Notes under the pieces: generated by a model
The model's input: only the letters and a program-made list of their open reading frames with translations
Told to the model about the DNA's origin: nothing
The model's database searches: none
From: Candidatus Woesearchaeota archaeon
Lineage (GTDB): Archaea; Nanobdellota; Nanobdellia; Woesearchaeales; JABGUJ01
Direction: 5' to 3'
Assembly: GCA_018646625.1 (NCBI GenBank)
Contig: JABGUJ010000001.1
Location: forward strand, 317,534 to 381,533
DNA: 64,000 nt
Translations under genes and position numbers: made by a program
In this document: one piece after another, positions 10,626 to 21,062 of the stretch
How the letters are laid out: every line of letters begins with the position of its first letter
How positions within the stretch are numbered: the first letter of the stretch is position 1

Positions 10626-13600
10626 ATGAGTATATTAAAAGAGGCTGGTGCTAGAGTTAGAGATGCTTTTGATCAACACGTTCGCGGTCACGCTGCTGAA
10701 ACAATCAAAATGCGTCAAATTCATCGAAAAGTTTCTAGCGCAATTTCTGAAGACATGCAACTATATGCAGAAAAAGTATTTGCTGAAAAAGTTGAACTAT
10801 TAGAATTTCTAAAAACAGCAGCATTCGAACATTTCATCTACGAAACAATCGCATTAGCATACTCCGGCACATTAACCACTAAAAGATTAGAGGCAACCCC
10901 TGCATATCAAGATCTTAAAAGATTAAAGGAAATTATTGATGATACTGAAACACGGTTTGTAACAGAAATGATTGCACGTTACCAAAAACTTGCTAACAAC
11001 CACGAACTCCTACTAAAAATGCACATGCGAGTTTTAATTGGCAGAAGTGTACGTAAAGGCGAAGCGGTCAAAACCGAGAAAGGAGAAATACAACATGTAG
11101 GTAAAGTATTGGGATTTATGAGAAGTTATCGTGAAGAGCTAGCGGAAATGAGTACTGCGCTTAGCACATTAATAAAAGCTCTACACCCTGTGAAATTAAA
11201 GAAAGGTTGTGAAGCATTAGCTCATTCAGGTGTGGCTGCTGAAGTACGAACAGCAACACAAAGATTTCTTGGAAATAGAAGAACCATGTATGGCATTCAA
11301 GATTTCAATGATTTACAAGAAGTAAAAGATAAAGTGTTTGGACAAGCTCGTGATTCATTAATGCAATATGTTCATAAACAAGAACAAACATTAGTAGAAG
11401 CAATAAAATCGCCAGAACATTCTCAAACCATTAACAACGCATTTCCTGAAATTAGACGATTAACTACACTATTAGAAAAAAATGCAACAGAACAAAGAGC
11501 ACTTATCAAAAGAACAGAGAAAGTTCTTGGAGATTTATTTGATATTGAAGTATCATTATTATCCGCAAAACAAAAAGCGGATCTTAGAAAAATGGGCGCG
11601 ATGCGTCGGTTTGCGCGTTCAGGTTATGGAAGATTTGCAATGGCTAGCGTTACTGCAACAATCGCCGTAGGCGCGGTTAGTAATATCGCATATGCGCAAG
11701 AAGCCGATAGACCGGCCGTTGTCGAACAAGTTAGAGATGAAAGAGCAATTACGACAGCCATAGAAGACGTAACACAAAGAATTACCCAAGATGCAAATCA
11801 TCTTAGAACCCGGACAGAACACATATTCAAACAAGTAATGGCTGCAAGAAACAATGCTGAAAGAAAAGCCGCACTAATTGACTTCGCATACTTTAATAAT
11901 ACAAAATTCTTAGTATTCGAATTTTTAAAAATAATCCGAGGAACCAATCCCTCAAACATAGACGAACAAATTGAACATATGGGGAGAACCCTAGATTTTC
12001 AACTTAAAAGATTCATGACTATACAAGAACAAGGAGACTCTGTATTTAGAGATACAGATCTTAGAACTTTAAGAAGAGAAATCACGCCTTGGATTCAAAC
12101 ATTAAAAACCAGTCTTGGAGAAAGACCAGAACCACCAGCACATCCCGCAGGTCCGGGCGTTGATGATGATCACGACGGAGCAACCGATGAAGCTGATAGA
12201 GATGGAAACGAACCACCAGTACGTCCTCTTGTAAGACCTGATGATGGTGCTGAATCTTTACCCCCTGTACTACCGCCTCTCGAACCCGACACAATGAAAA
12301 CTCCTAGGGAGATCATTGCAGAGATCATAGATTTGGCAAACCACAAAATACCTGTTGCAGATATTCACATCTCCGACTATAGAGACGTCCTTGGAGAAAT
12401 GGGGAGAGGAAGAGAAGTACAAAACTTCGAAATAAAATCTAAGAGAATAAAAATTATGCTAACACAATATGCCTACTTAGCTCAAGGAGCGGAGAACACA
12501 GATTATCCTGATGACGTGAGAAGAGCTATTAGAATTAAAGCCGACCAAATTTATGCAAGCGCTCATGATACAATGGAAAGAATAGGACTCGCACTATTTC
12601 ATGAAGGTCTCAGGACATCTGATGCAATAGATGCAGGCATAAGAACACACGAATCATTCACAAAGTATCTGAAAGCTTTGGAAACTGAAGCAATACAAGA
12701 ACAAGCAGAAGCAGAACAACAAGAAATAATTATACACGCTCAAAGAACATTCACAGAAGCTGAAAGAGATGGAGACTTATCAAAACTAAATTCTGCAGTT
12801 AGCCAATTAGGAAGTCAAATATCCACATTACAAGTAATGGGTGAAGAACTTGAAAGAAGCCAAGGAGATAGTTATGATCCAAGTTACATTGAAGGCAGAC
12901 AACAACCATTTAGAGATGCTCTTGCACCTATGCAAATAAGACTAGACAAAATAAATGAACTAAGAGGGATATTTTCATTAAAAGATATAATCGGAAACGA
13001 AGCAACACTAAGATTCATTGTTCCAGATGCAGATTTACCGGTGATTGCAAAAGAAATGCCTCAAGATCAAGCAAAAATTCTTATTGAAAAATATATGGTC
13101 CTTCATCAAGAGTTGGAAAGCGATTCAACAAATGCAAACCGATACTTTACAAGACACTTTCACTTATTTGAAGAAGTAGTTAGATATCAAGCAGCAGAAG
13201 GACATAAACGTGTTGAAGAAGCGAGAACTGCATTTGGACAATCACAAGAACCAGATGCCAGAAATCCTGAAGAACTTTCTGATAAAGCGCTAGTTGCGTT
13301 AGAATATGCAGGGATCTTCTTGAAAGCATTAGAACCTTCAGAAAGTTTAATGGAAGAACATAGACGATTAAAAGCAGAAATAGATGGAATCGAATCGCAA
13401 ATACATTCTCAGGCTGTTGATAGATTATACCAAGAAGCCACAACAGAATACACAGCTAACGAATACGGAGACGCGGTTGATTCGTATTTAGATTACTTCA
13501 AATCCCTTCCAAAAAGCGGAGAAGCAGCCGCACAATCAGACAAAATCCAAACTGCAAAAACTAACATCCTTGAAGCGATCACCCATATGGATATGGGAGA

Positions 13601-15044
13601 ACTTAAAGAGGCTCTCCACGGAACTGAAGGCAGCCCAGGATTCAAAGCACTTACCACAGCAATGCATGAAACTGGTGCAGAAGGCACAACTCCAGAACTC
13701 AAAGCAACATTAAGAGAGATTTCAGATGCACTTACTGCAAAAATAACTGAATTGGGAGGTAACCCAGATACTCATGGAGATTTTGATCCAGACATTATAA
13801 TTGGAAATTCACAACGAGATTTTGAAAGTGCAGAAAGAGAAGGAAACTTGCCACTTCTTAGAGATATTGATTCAAGACTCATAGGATTTATGCACGCTAT
13901 TGAAGAAGGATCAAGCACGTTACCAGAAGATCAAAGAGAAATTGCAAGACAAGTCATAGAAAAAATAGATGCAGAACATGATAGAGTACGAGAAAGATTA
14001 AGAGCAATACTTCAAATAGAGGTTGCATGTCAGGTTTCGCGTTTGTTGCCTGCAGATCAATTAGATGAATTCAACATGGATGCTCCAAATCATGGTAAAA
14101 TAATAGATCATTTAGATTTAGTCAAAGCTATTCAGTTTGCAAAATCATACATTAGACTTAATGAAAAATTAGCGGAAGATGAAAGTGCAAGAACATACTT
14201 CTCAAAACACAAGGAGCTATTCGGGGAATTAGTAAATCAACATTACTTGAACACAATCCACTATCTAGAAGAAGCTCGAAGGTTATACATAGAAGCCGGA
14301 GATAGTGATGACGAAGATGAAGCTACAGAAAAGAGATCCCAAGCAAAGGCGCACATTGAAACGGCGGGCAATTCTGTCTCAATTGTAGCAACAGGTAAAG
14401 GAATTCTAAGTTTAGACTATGAAGAATTATCAGATAAATACAAAGAAACTCAAAGAATGGAACGTCATGGTGTAGAACGAGAAGATGGTGGATTCACTAT
14501 AAGAGGAGTTCAAGATAAAGAAGTAATAATTATTGATGACGCTGAATGGGGCGAACATCACATAAAAATCCATTCAGTGAGACAAGATCCAAACGGGGTT
14601 GTATTCGTTACAATAGATGCGGATAAAACATACCACATATTCTATGCGGCAACTGGAGAAGACCCAAGTGAACTAATTGAAGCCAGCAAAGTAGTGGAAA
14701 CAACAAAAGGTTGTTGCTTCAGAACTATTGACAATCATACTGCATTCACATTTACAGATACGGAAGGCAAAGAAAGAGTATATTATGATGGCGGCGTAAC
14801 TCTGGGTTATGATGATGTGTTCTTGATCGGAGCAAAAGTGCTAGAAGACAAACTTCTATTTGGTGCAGTAGTTGAAGGAGAAAGACATATTATCTATGGA
14901 GACTCAATACTTCCAAGAACAGATAGAGCTGGACAAGAAATGGGTAGAAGCCTGAGTGTTTCGGGCGCATCAATAGAAGATGACGAAGGAACAAGAATTC
15001 TAAAAGTAAAGATTGGTAGAACAACTTACGAGTTTGAACTTTAA
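10626..15044 (+). CDS. Giant hypothetical helical protein with internal hydrophobic segment and internal duplication
   Basis: 1472-aa ORF; hydrophobic segment ending in AYA|QE near 11630-11700; two homologous blocks starting ~12727 and ~13794. Confidence 0.8.
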   Translation: MSILKEAGARVRDAFDQHVRGHAAETIKMRQIHRKVSSAISEDMQLYAEKVFAEKVELLEFLKTAAFEHFIYETIALAYSGTLTTKRLEATPAYQDLKRLKEIIDDTETRFVTEMIARYQKLANNHELLLKMHMRVLIGRSVRKGEAVKTEKGEIQHVGKVLGFMRSYREELAEMSTALSTLIKALHPVKLKKGCEALAHSGVAAEVRTATQRFLGNRRTMYGIQDFNDLQEVKDKVFGQARDSLMQYVHKQEQTLVEAIKSPEHSQTINNAFPEIRRLTTLLEKNATEQRALIKRTEKVLGDLFDIEVSLLSAKQKADLRKMGAMRRFARSGYGRFAMASVTATIAVGAVSNIAYAQEADRPAVVEQVRDERAITTAIEDVTQRITQDANHLRTRTEHIFKQVMAARNNAERKAALIDFAYFNNTKFLVFEFLKIIRGTNPSNIDEQIEHMGRTLDFQLKRFMTIQEQGDSVFRDTDLRTLRREITPWIQTLKTSLGERPEPPAHPAGPGVDDDHDGATDEADRDGNEPPVRPLVRPDDGAESLPPVLPPLEPDTMKTPREIIAEIIDLANHKIPVADIHISDYRDVLGEMGRGREVQNFEIKSKRIKIMLTQYAYLAQGAENTDYPDDVRRAIRIKADQIYASAHDTMERIGLALFHEGLRTSDAIDAGIRTHESFTKYLKALETEAIQEQAEAEQQEIIIHAQRTFTEAERDGDLSKLNSAVSQLGSQISTLQVMGEELERSQGDSYDPSYIEGRQQPFRDALAPMQIRLDKINELRGIFSLKDIIGNEATLRFIVPDADLPVIAKEMPQDQAKILIEKYMVLHQELESDSTNANRYFTRHFHLFEEVVRYQAAEGHKRVEEARTAFGQSQEPDARNPEELSDKALVALEYAGIFLKALEPSESLMEEHRRLKAEIDGIESQIHSQAVDRLYQEATTEYTANEYGDAVDSYLDYFKSLPKSGEAAAQSDKIQTAKTNILEAITHMDMGELKEALHGTEGSPGFKALTTAMHETGAEGTTPELKATLREISDALTAKITELGGNPDTHGDFDPDIIIGNSQRDFESAEREGNLPLLRDIDSRLIGFMHAIEEGSSTLPEDQREIARQVIEKIDAEHDRVRERLRAILQIEVACQVSRLLPADQLDEFNMDAPNHGKIIDHLDLVKAIQFAKSYIRLNEKLAEDESARTYFSKHKELFGELVNQHYLNTIHYLEEARRLYIEAGDSDDEDEATEKRSQAKAHIETAGNSVSIVATGKGILSLDYEELSDKYKETQRMERHGVEREDGGFTIRGVQDKEVIIIDDAEWGEHHIKIHSVRQDPNGVVFVTIDADKTYHIFYAATGEDPSELIEASKVVETTKGCCFRTIDNHTAFTFTDTEGKERVYYDGGVTLGYDDVFLIGAKVLEDKLLFGAVVEGERHIIYGDSILPRTDRAGQEMGRSLSVSGASIEDDEGTRILKVKIGRTTYEFEL

Positions 15045-15059
15045 ATTAATTCTCAAAAA

Positions 15060-18000
15060 TCAAGGACAATAACTTGGCTTAGTCTTACTAAATGTTGTTG
15101 CGCTTGAACATGTCAATGGAATAAAACCAGCACATTTAGTGTGCTTAGTAATTGGATCACAATGAGTCAACATAACTGCATTAGCGACATCCCAAGATGC
15201 GGATGATCCGGTAACCAACTTACTAAAATATAAATCAAATTTTGAATTATCAATACCTACTGAAAGTATGCCATTTTTGAATGCATCTAAACAACCTGCC
15301 GCATTCACGTCAACACAACATACATCTACTTGATCAAAACCTTTTGTTAATGCAAATAATTCATTCAAACAGGAAATACAAGCAGGCCCACTCTTTCCTG
15401 CCAAATGCGAAACATCAGTACAACCAGCAACAGTGGGTGGCACAACAGGCACTGAAGCACCGGCTGCAATAACATAATCATTAGAAGGACCAAACACTAA
15501 AGAGGAACCTCCAGAAGCTAAAGTACAAGTAATTTTTATTTTATAATTACCAGGCGCTAAGCCCGAAAAAGTTGCAGAATAATCTTGACCAGTAACTGTA
15601 ACCGCTCCAGTACCTCCAGAAGACCCCGGAGTTGCATAAGTAGTAGTAGACGTCCCCATTGCAGAAACCCAACACCCTGTAACAGCATCTGCCAGATTCC
15701 AAGATACGCTTATAGAATCAGGAGGAACAACCGCAATCATTGGAGTGATTGTAGAAACAACAGTTGCTCCAGGAACAACAGCACCGGGATTTGATCCTGT
15801 TATAGAAGTTGGCCAAGTGCCTTGACTATTAGGACAATCAAATATTGGATTTTGCGATCTTTGGCAACTAGGATTAGTACTATAAGTTACAGATTCAGTA
15901 AAGTGACACATAGGATTACATATTTCTCCTAAAGCGCCGAACTGAGCATCTTTCTTGCATTCGTCATAAGTGAAATGTGAACCGGTCGCTTGGGTAGTTA
16001 TTCCACCTACAGGAATATTATGGTCGCCAAAATACATAAAGAAGTGTAAATGAATGCCTCCGTCCTTCAAACCACTTTCACCCATTTTTGCAATTATTTC
16101 ATTTTGGTTAACTGAAGATCCTCGAGTCACCAGGATAGAATCCAAATGAGCATAACCAGAGTAGAAAATTCCTTTTTGAGGATCATCATGCTCAAGTATA
16201 ATCAAATTCCCATATATTGATGTTGAACTGACACCATCACTATTATCTCTAGCATAAACAACAACTCCTGGTGCCACCGCCACAACACTCGGCTTAGGGT
16301 GTCCTGGTCCACCGGAAGTAGAACCAATATCAATACCTTGGTGCCAATATCTTGGACCAACATTTGGACGCTTACCGTAACAAGATATAACTCTATAATG
16401 CCCAGGAACTGGCCAAGTCAAAGGTCCTCCCCCAACTGAAGAAGAATAACCGGAAGGTACCGCCGAAACCTTTTTGCCTGCATAACACAATGTATTCAAC
16501 CATTTAGTATAGAAATCAAATACCGAATTTACAAATTGTTTTTTATGTTCTGAAGGATTAGAATTACAAAGTCCTTTATCTTTACCGGTATCGTATTCAC
16601 AGAAAGTATTTTTTATTTTATCATAATAGTCTTCAAGCGATTGAAGGAAAATATAATTAATGCTGTCTTTGGATACGGCTGTCGTATATTTATTAATGCT
16701 TGCAACCAACTCGCCAGAAGCTATATCAATCTCCTTCAACGTCTTATCAATCCTGCCAGTACCAGAGATTCCACCCATAAGATAATCAACTTGATTATTC
16801 TTATTTCTATCAGTCTTATTATCGATTGTGCCCGCACCAGACAATCGAGACATAATTGCCGCCATCATTGCTTCCATGTGTGCTTTTTTGAAATTTGAAT
16901 TGGAGGGTGTTTTGATTGCCTTCTTAACTTTTCCCTGCCAATCAGCATAGCTGGCCCTTAAAGTATTATCAACCATCGGACCTTTATCACTATACATTTT
17001 TTCAGTACAGGTTTGACCTTCCAACGTAACCGCTTTATAGCCCTCAACTTCTTCAACATTAACATAGATAGATTCTTCTAACTCGTATTCATAGTCTGCA
17101 GTAACTTTGAAATATTTTGTAGAAATTGGCGTTGCACCCAAAACTGTGGCTGCACCATCAGAAGTTGTACCTATGTTACAACGTAATGTTTGGTAAGTTT
17201 CACTAATATCAATATCTTTTGTTTTATCCCCTAAAGCATATTTCAAATAGTACACATAAACATTATGGTCTTCAATAAATTCAGTACATTCTGTACTCTC
17301 TTCCTGCTCCGCAACTGTTAATTGATCACAAAGTTTGAATGTGTACCCCCCGCAAAAAGTATCAATATCATTAGGCCCGGGTTCTGGATCTTTAACAATC
17401 TCAAATTCCTTAGTTGGCAACATAATTACAACACGATCCACCTTAGTAACCTTACCCATCCAATAATTATCAAAAGTCATACCTAATCTAAAATCATTAT
17501 TCCCGCTTGTAGAAGTAAATTCAGAATACAAACCAACCGGCAGATCTTTGTCCACTTGCATACCTATATGCACAGGACCATTACTGAATATCGCAATAGG
17601 TTGTCTATCCCCTATCTCATATTGACTAAATATATCGATATCTTGAGAAGTCATATCTCTTTTTCGTTCACGATCCATAAAATAAGTTTTGTAATAAGAC
17701 ATAGTTGTGAAGGTAAAATCAACATTAAGTTTAATTGTATGAGATCCTTTACCTAATTTACCTGAAGGAAATAGACAATCTATTTGTTGTTCAACATAAT
17801 TATATACTTCTATCACATTTTGTGGAAGAACTTCTCCACGAGGACCGCTGGCATCACAATACATTTTAACCTTGATCGGATCTTTTTCACGACCTTTAAG
17901 ATCTAAATTCTTGCCTTTCAAAGTTGCATAAACACTAACAGGCTCGTCTTCGTAATATTTTGGCTGGGTCATTCTAACATCACTAAGATATATACCAACA

Positions 18001-19172
18001 GGTTCATTCTCATTCTCATCAACCATACCCATATAGTACTCGCCACCAAACGACGCCAAGAACCTTTTTCCGGCAGAGCCTAACCTCCCGGGAAGCCCTC
18101 TGTTTTGCTCCCACAACAAATTACCTGCATCTAATAGCTTACCCCACACTAAACCTACGGCGCCGCCGGTATCTAAGTTCCAACCAACAACATTACTGGC
18201 GGTTTTTGCTCCGAAGTAAACCATCAACAAGGCAATCAAAATAATTACAAGAATAATAATATAGATCGTTCTAAACCGTTCAAACTCATCTGTTGCAAAC
18301 ATCAAATAAATTGGCCAAGGCGGTAAGATAATCAACGCAAACGTAATCATCAACCTAATCTCTCGATCCGTTGGCATAAATCCTAAACCTGTTAATGAAG
18401 GCAGAATAAATGAGATGCCCGAGATCAAGAAACACATTCCAAAAGCTCTCCAATTAAATGAGCCCCCTTTATGAAAAATCCAAAAGTATGCGATAATTGA
18501 CAAACCAACATAAAAGAAAAATCTTCTATTAAGTATTCCAGGAAAAGAATAATCAACAGCACCAAGCAAAGTAGGCGCAGTCAGATCTAAGATATGTAAA
18601 GCGAAAGTGAGAAAAAAGAAAGTAGGTAAAGCGCTCTTGTTAACAAACCATTTACCAGCACCAACAACTGCCTTGCCAGCACCAACAACTTTAGCACCCG
18701 CATTCATGGCTTTATTCGCGGCGCTCTTAGTGGCATTAGCCGTCGTACGAGCAGCATTCATAGTTGCACCTGCAGCGCGTTTAGCAGCATTTTGAGTTGC
18801 AGCAGCTTCAGTCTTAGCAGCTTTCAAAGAATTATCAGGAGCATTAGCAGGCGAAGGTTGAGCAGCATTTGGCGCAACAACATTTTGTGCAGGAGGATTA
18901 GGATTACGACCCATACTTGCAGCCCCGGCAGCAGCAGTACCCCTAACGGTTTCAGCAGCTTGTTTCAAAGCACCACCAATAGAATTAGTTTGTTGTTCTA
19001 CATGCTCAGTTTGTTTTAAATTATTAAGAGATTGTTTAATATCATTTGTAACAGTACTTCTAATTGCATCCTCTGCTAATTCGGATTGGTGTTCAGTTGC
19101 GGCATCTACTCGCTCTTTAGTCTCCTTCAACTCTGAAGCAACACTTTCCGCACTACCGTCTTCATCAGCCAT
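15060..19172 (-). CDS. Multi-TM protein: family-A-like domain, degenerate SLT-like domain, M23 metallopeptidase, Cys-rich tail
   Basis: About 5 TM helices; M23 motifs LTWP, HQGID, YGNLIILEH, YAHL, HLHF; SLT-like AAIMSRLSG...FVNSV. Confidence 0.85.
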   Translation of the reverse strand: MADEDGSAESVASELKETKERVDAATEHQSELAEDAIRSTVTNDIKQSLNNLKQTEHVEQQTNSIGGALKQAAETVRGTAAAGAASMGRNPNPPAQNVVAPNAAQPSPANAPDNSLKAAKTEAAATQNAAKRAAGATMNAARTTANATKSAANKAMNAGAKVVGAGKAVVGAGKWFVNKSALPTFFFLTFALHILDLTAPTLLGAVDYSFPGILNRRFFFYVGLSIIAYFWIFHKGGSFNWRAFGMCFLISGISFILPSLTGLGFMPTDREIRLMITFALIILPPWPIYLMFATDEFERFRTIYIIILVIILIALLMVYFGAKTASNVVGWNLDTGGAVGLVWGKLLDAGNLLWEQNRGLPGRLGSAGKRFLASFGGEYYMGMVDENENEPVGIYLSDVRMTQPKYYEDEPVSVYATLKGKNLDLKGREKDPIKVKMYCDASGPRGEVLPQNVIEVYNYVEQQIDCLFPSGKLGKGSHTIKLNVDFTFTTMSYYKTYFMDRERKRDMTSQDIDIFSQYEIGDRQPIAIFSNGPVHIGMQVDKDLPVGLYSEFTSTSGNNDFRLGMTFDNYWMGKVTKVDRVVIMLPTKEFEIVKDPEPGPNDIDTFCGGYTFKLCDQLTVAEQEESTECTEFIEDHNVYVYYLKYALGDKTKDIDISETYQTLRCNIGTTSDGAATVLGATPISTKYFKVTADYEYELEESIYVNVEEVEGYKAVTLEGQTCTEKMYSDKGPMVDNTLRASYADWQGKVKKAIKTPSNSNFKKAHMEAMMAAIMSRLSGAGTIDNKTDRNKNNQVDYLMGGISGTGRIDKTLKEIDIASGELVASINKYTTAVSKDSINYIFLQSLEDYYDKIKNTFCEYDTGKDKGLCNSNPSEHKKQFVNSVFDFYTKWLNTLCYAGKKVSAVPSGYSSSVGGGPLTWPVPGHYRVISCYGKRPNVGPRYWHQGIDIGSTSGGPGHPKPSVVAVAPGVVVYARDNSDGVSSTSIYGNLIILEHDDPQKGIFYSGYAHLDSILVTRGSSVNQNEIIAKMGESGLKDGGIHLHFFMYFGDHNIPVGGITTQATGSHFTYDECKKDAQFGALGEICNPMCHFTESVTYSTNPSCQRSQNPIFDCPNSQGTWPTSITGSNPGAVVPGATVVSTITPMIAVVPPDSISVSWNLADAVTGCWVSAMGTSTTTYATPGSSGGTGAVTVTGQDYSATFSGLAPGNYKIKITCTLASGGSSLVFGPSNDYVIAAGASVPVVPPTVAGCTDVSHLAGKSGPACISCLNELFALTKGFDQVDVCCVDVNAAGCLDAFKNGILSVGIDNSKFDLYFSKLVTGSSASWDVANAVMLTHCDPITKHTKCAGFIPLTCSSATTFSKTKPSYCP

Positions 19173-19228
19173 CTTATACAATTAACTAGAACTCACTGCT
19201 CCAATTCACCTCTTTTAATTATCAATAA

Positions 19229-20941
19229 TTAAATATGTTCCAAAGTAACTTCCATGCTTACAATATCAAGCTCAGATTCTGGAACCAATTCAATTCCGTT
19301 ATTACCAGGTTTAACGTATGGCGCAATGCTTTGGAAGTATACACTACTTCTCGTATCCATGTGCATTAAATGTCCGTTAATATATAACCCAGCTCTTTTA
19401 ACATCAACGTCGTTTACAAACTCGATTTTTAATATTGCATCGTACTCTGGCCTTAGAACACTAGACTCAGCATACTTTGATTCATACATTGCAGGAGGTC
19501 CACAAAGATTTGGAAACGTTCCAAATGTAACATAACCTGTTTCGCAGTCATCACACTCTGCTTGATTCAAACTAGATTCGCAAGTACTATCGATACCAGT
19601 TCTTGGTAAATCATAACACCAGAAATTTGCCGCCCTATCTTCATAACAGCAGTCTAAATCGTGATTTTTATTACAATAAGCAGGACAATCACCATCAGTA
19701 TCGTCACCACATTCTCCTATGCAGAACACAGGAGGATAACCATTAATATCTTCATAACCCGAATCGCACCTATTACAATCCCTTGCACTAACTACTTCAG
19801 CACACCTATCTCCTTCATCATCTGTTGGTAAGTCACACCAGAATTTACCCGAGCTAAGCATACAACAATCAATATCTAAATCTTCATCACAATCCACGGG
19901 ACAGTAACCATCAATCTGACCACAAAGTCCTTCAAACTGAGTAAGTCTTTCTCTTTCAACTTGGAAGATGTTGTCTTTCATATCAAAATAATATACAGGA
20001 TAACTTTGTTTCTTCAACTCTGTTTTTACAACAATATTATCAATCAAATAATTTCCACCTGCAGATGCAAACGTAATTCTATTCTCGCCAATAACTAAAT
20101 ACTGGGGCAAGAAAGATATTGGCCTTAACAAACCACAGTCAGGAACTCCAGAAAATACGACATTATCATTAATAGCAACAGTCAACACACCAGCTTTCGC
20201 AGGCATACAGTCTGGAAAGAATTTTAAGTATGCTTTTTCAGCATTTTCTTTTTCTGTTCTAGTCACAGTAAAAGTAGCAGTACTTTGTTGTCTTGAAACA
20301 TCTGTTACTTCAGCTAAAACTTTAACATCTTCAAGCAAATATTCATTAGACGCCCAAAATCTCCATCCAACTTCTGAAACTGCAACTTCTAATTTGTTAA
20401 CATTTTGCAAAATATCTTTAGGTAAAAGAACTGGATCAGCAACTTCAGAGTTATATCTCTTAGTTGTTACAACTTCTCCATTTAACTTAATTATCAAGAA
20501 ACCGCTTCTTTCTGTCGGTTTAAATGAAAACAAAATATTATGTGTATTGTCAATATCTTCTACAGTAAATCTAAAATCATCTTCAACTTGGTTAAATGCA
20601 TTATTCTTAGCATAAAGTGAGTCTGTTGATCTCAAAACTTCGGACTGAGTAATAGAAAACAAATTAACAGATGGAATGTTATGTTCCACTTCTAGATCGT
20701 TTGGCTTAACAAAATCTAGTCTACCGGGTTTTTCGCTAATAAGGGTAGCCATCACTTGCCCAGTACCATATCCTGAAGGCGCATTGCCCCCACCAGTATA
20801 TGCTGGACCTGTTTCTAAGATTTCATCCCTTACATCTGGAGGAAGAAACAATATATAGAATATAATGAACAAAGCCATTAAAGCCACGAAAACCGCTGCT
20901 TTCGCCCCTGTTGCCTGCCCCTTTTTACCTAAACATATCAT
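19229..20941 (-). CDS. Class III signal peptide (pilin-like) surface protein with Cys/Asp-rich tandem repeat insert
   Basis: N-terminal KKGQ followed by a hydrophobic helix; two Cys-rich repeats. Confidence 0.75.
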   Translation of the reverse strand: MICLGKKGQATGAKAAVFVALMALFIIFYILFLPPDVRDEILETGPAYTGGGNAPSGYGTGQVMATLISEKPGRLDFVKPNDLEVEHNIPSVNLFSITQSEVLRSTDSLYAKNNAFNQVEDDFRFTVEDIDNTHNILFSFKPTERSGFLIIKLNGEVVTTKRYNSEVADPVLLPKDILQNVNKLEVAVSEVGWRFWASNEYLLEDVKVLAEVTDVSRQQSTATFTVTRTEKENAEKAYLKFFPDCMPAKAGVLTVAINDNVVFSGVPDCGLLRPISFLPQYLVIGENRITFASAGGNYLIDNIVVKTELKKQSYPVYYFDMKDNIFQVERERLTQFEGLCGQIDGYCPVDCDEDLDIDCCMLSSGKFWCDLPTDDEGDRCAEVVSARDCNRCDSGYEDINGYPPVFCIGECGDDTDGDCPAYCNKNHDLDCCYEDRAANFWCYDLPRTGIDSTCESSLNQAECDDCETGYVTFGTFPNLCGPPAMYESKYAESSVLRPEYDAILKIEFVNDVDVKRAGLYINGHLMHMDTRSSVYFQSIAPYVKPGNNGIELVPESELDIVSMEVTLEHI

Positions 20942-21062
20942 TAAAGCACCCTAATATTAACTCAAAAACATTTGAATCATAAAAATATATAAGTCTTTCT
21001 ATTTTTCATAGTTCTTAAAGCCTGTATCCCTTAAAATTCAATAAAACAGGACTTGCTTAAAA

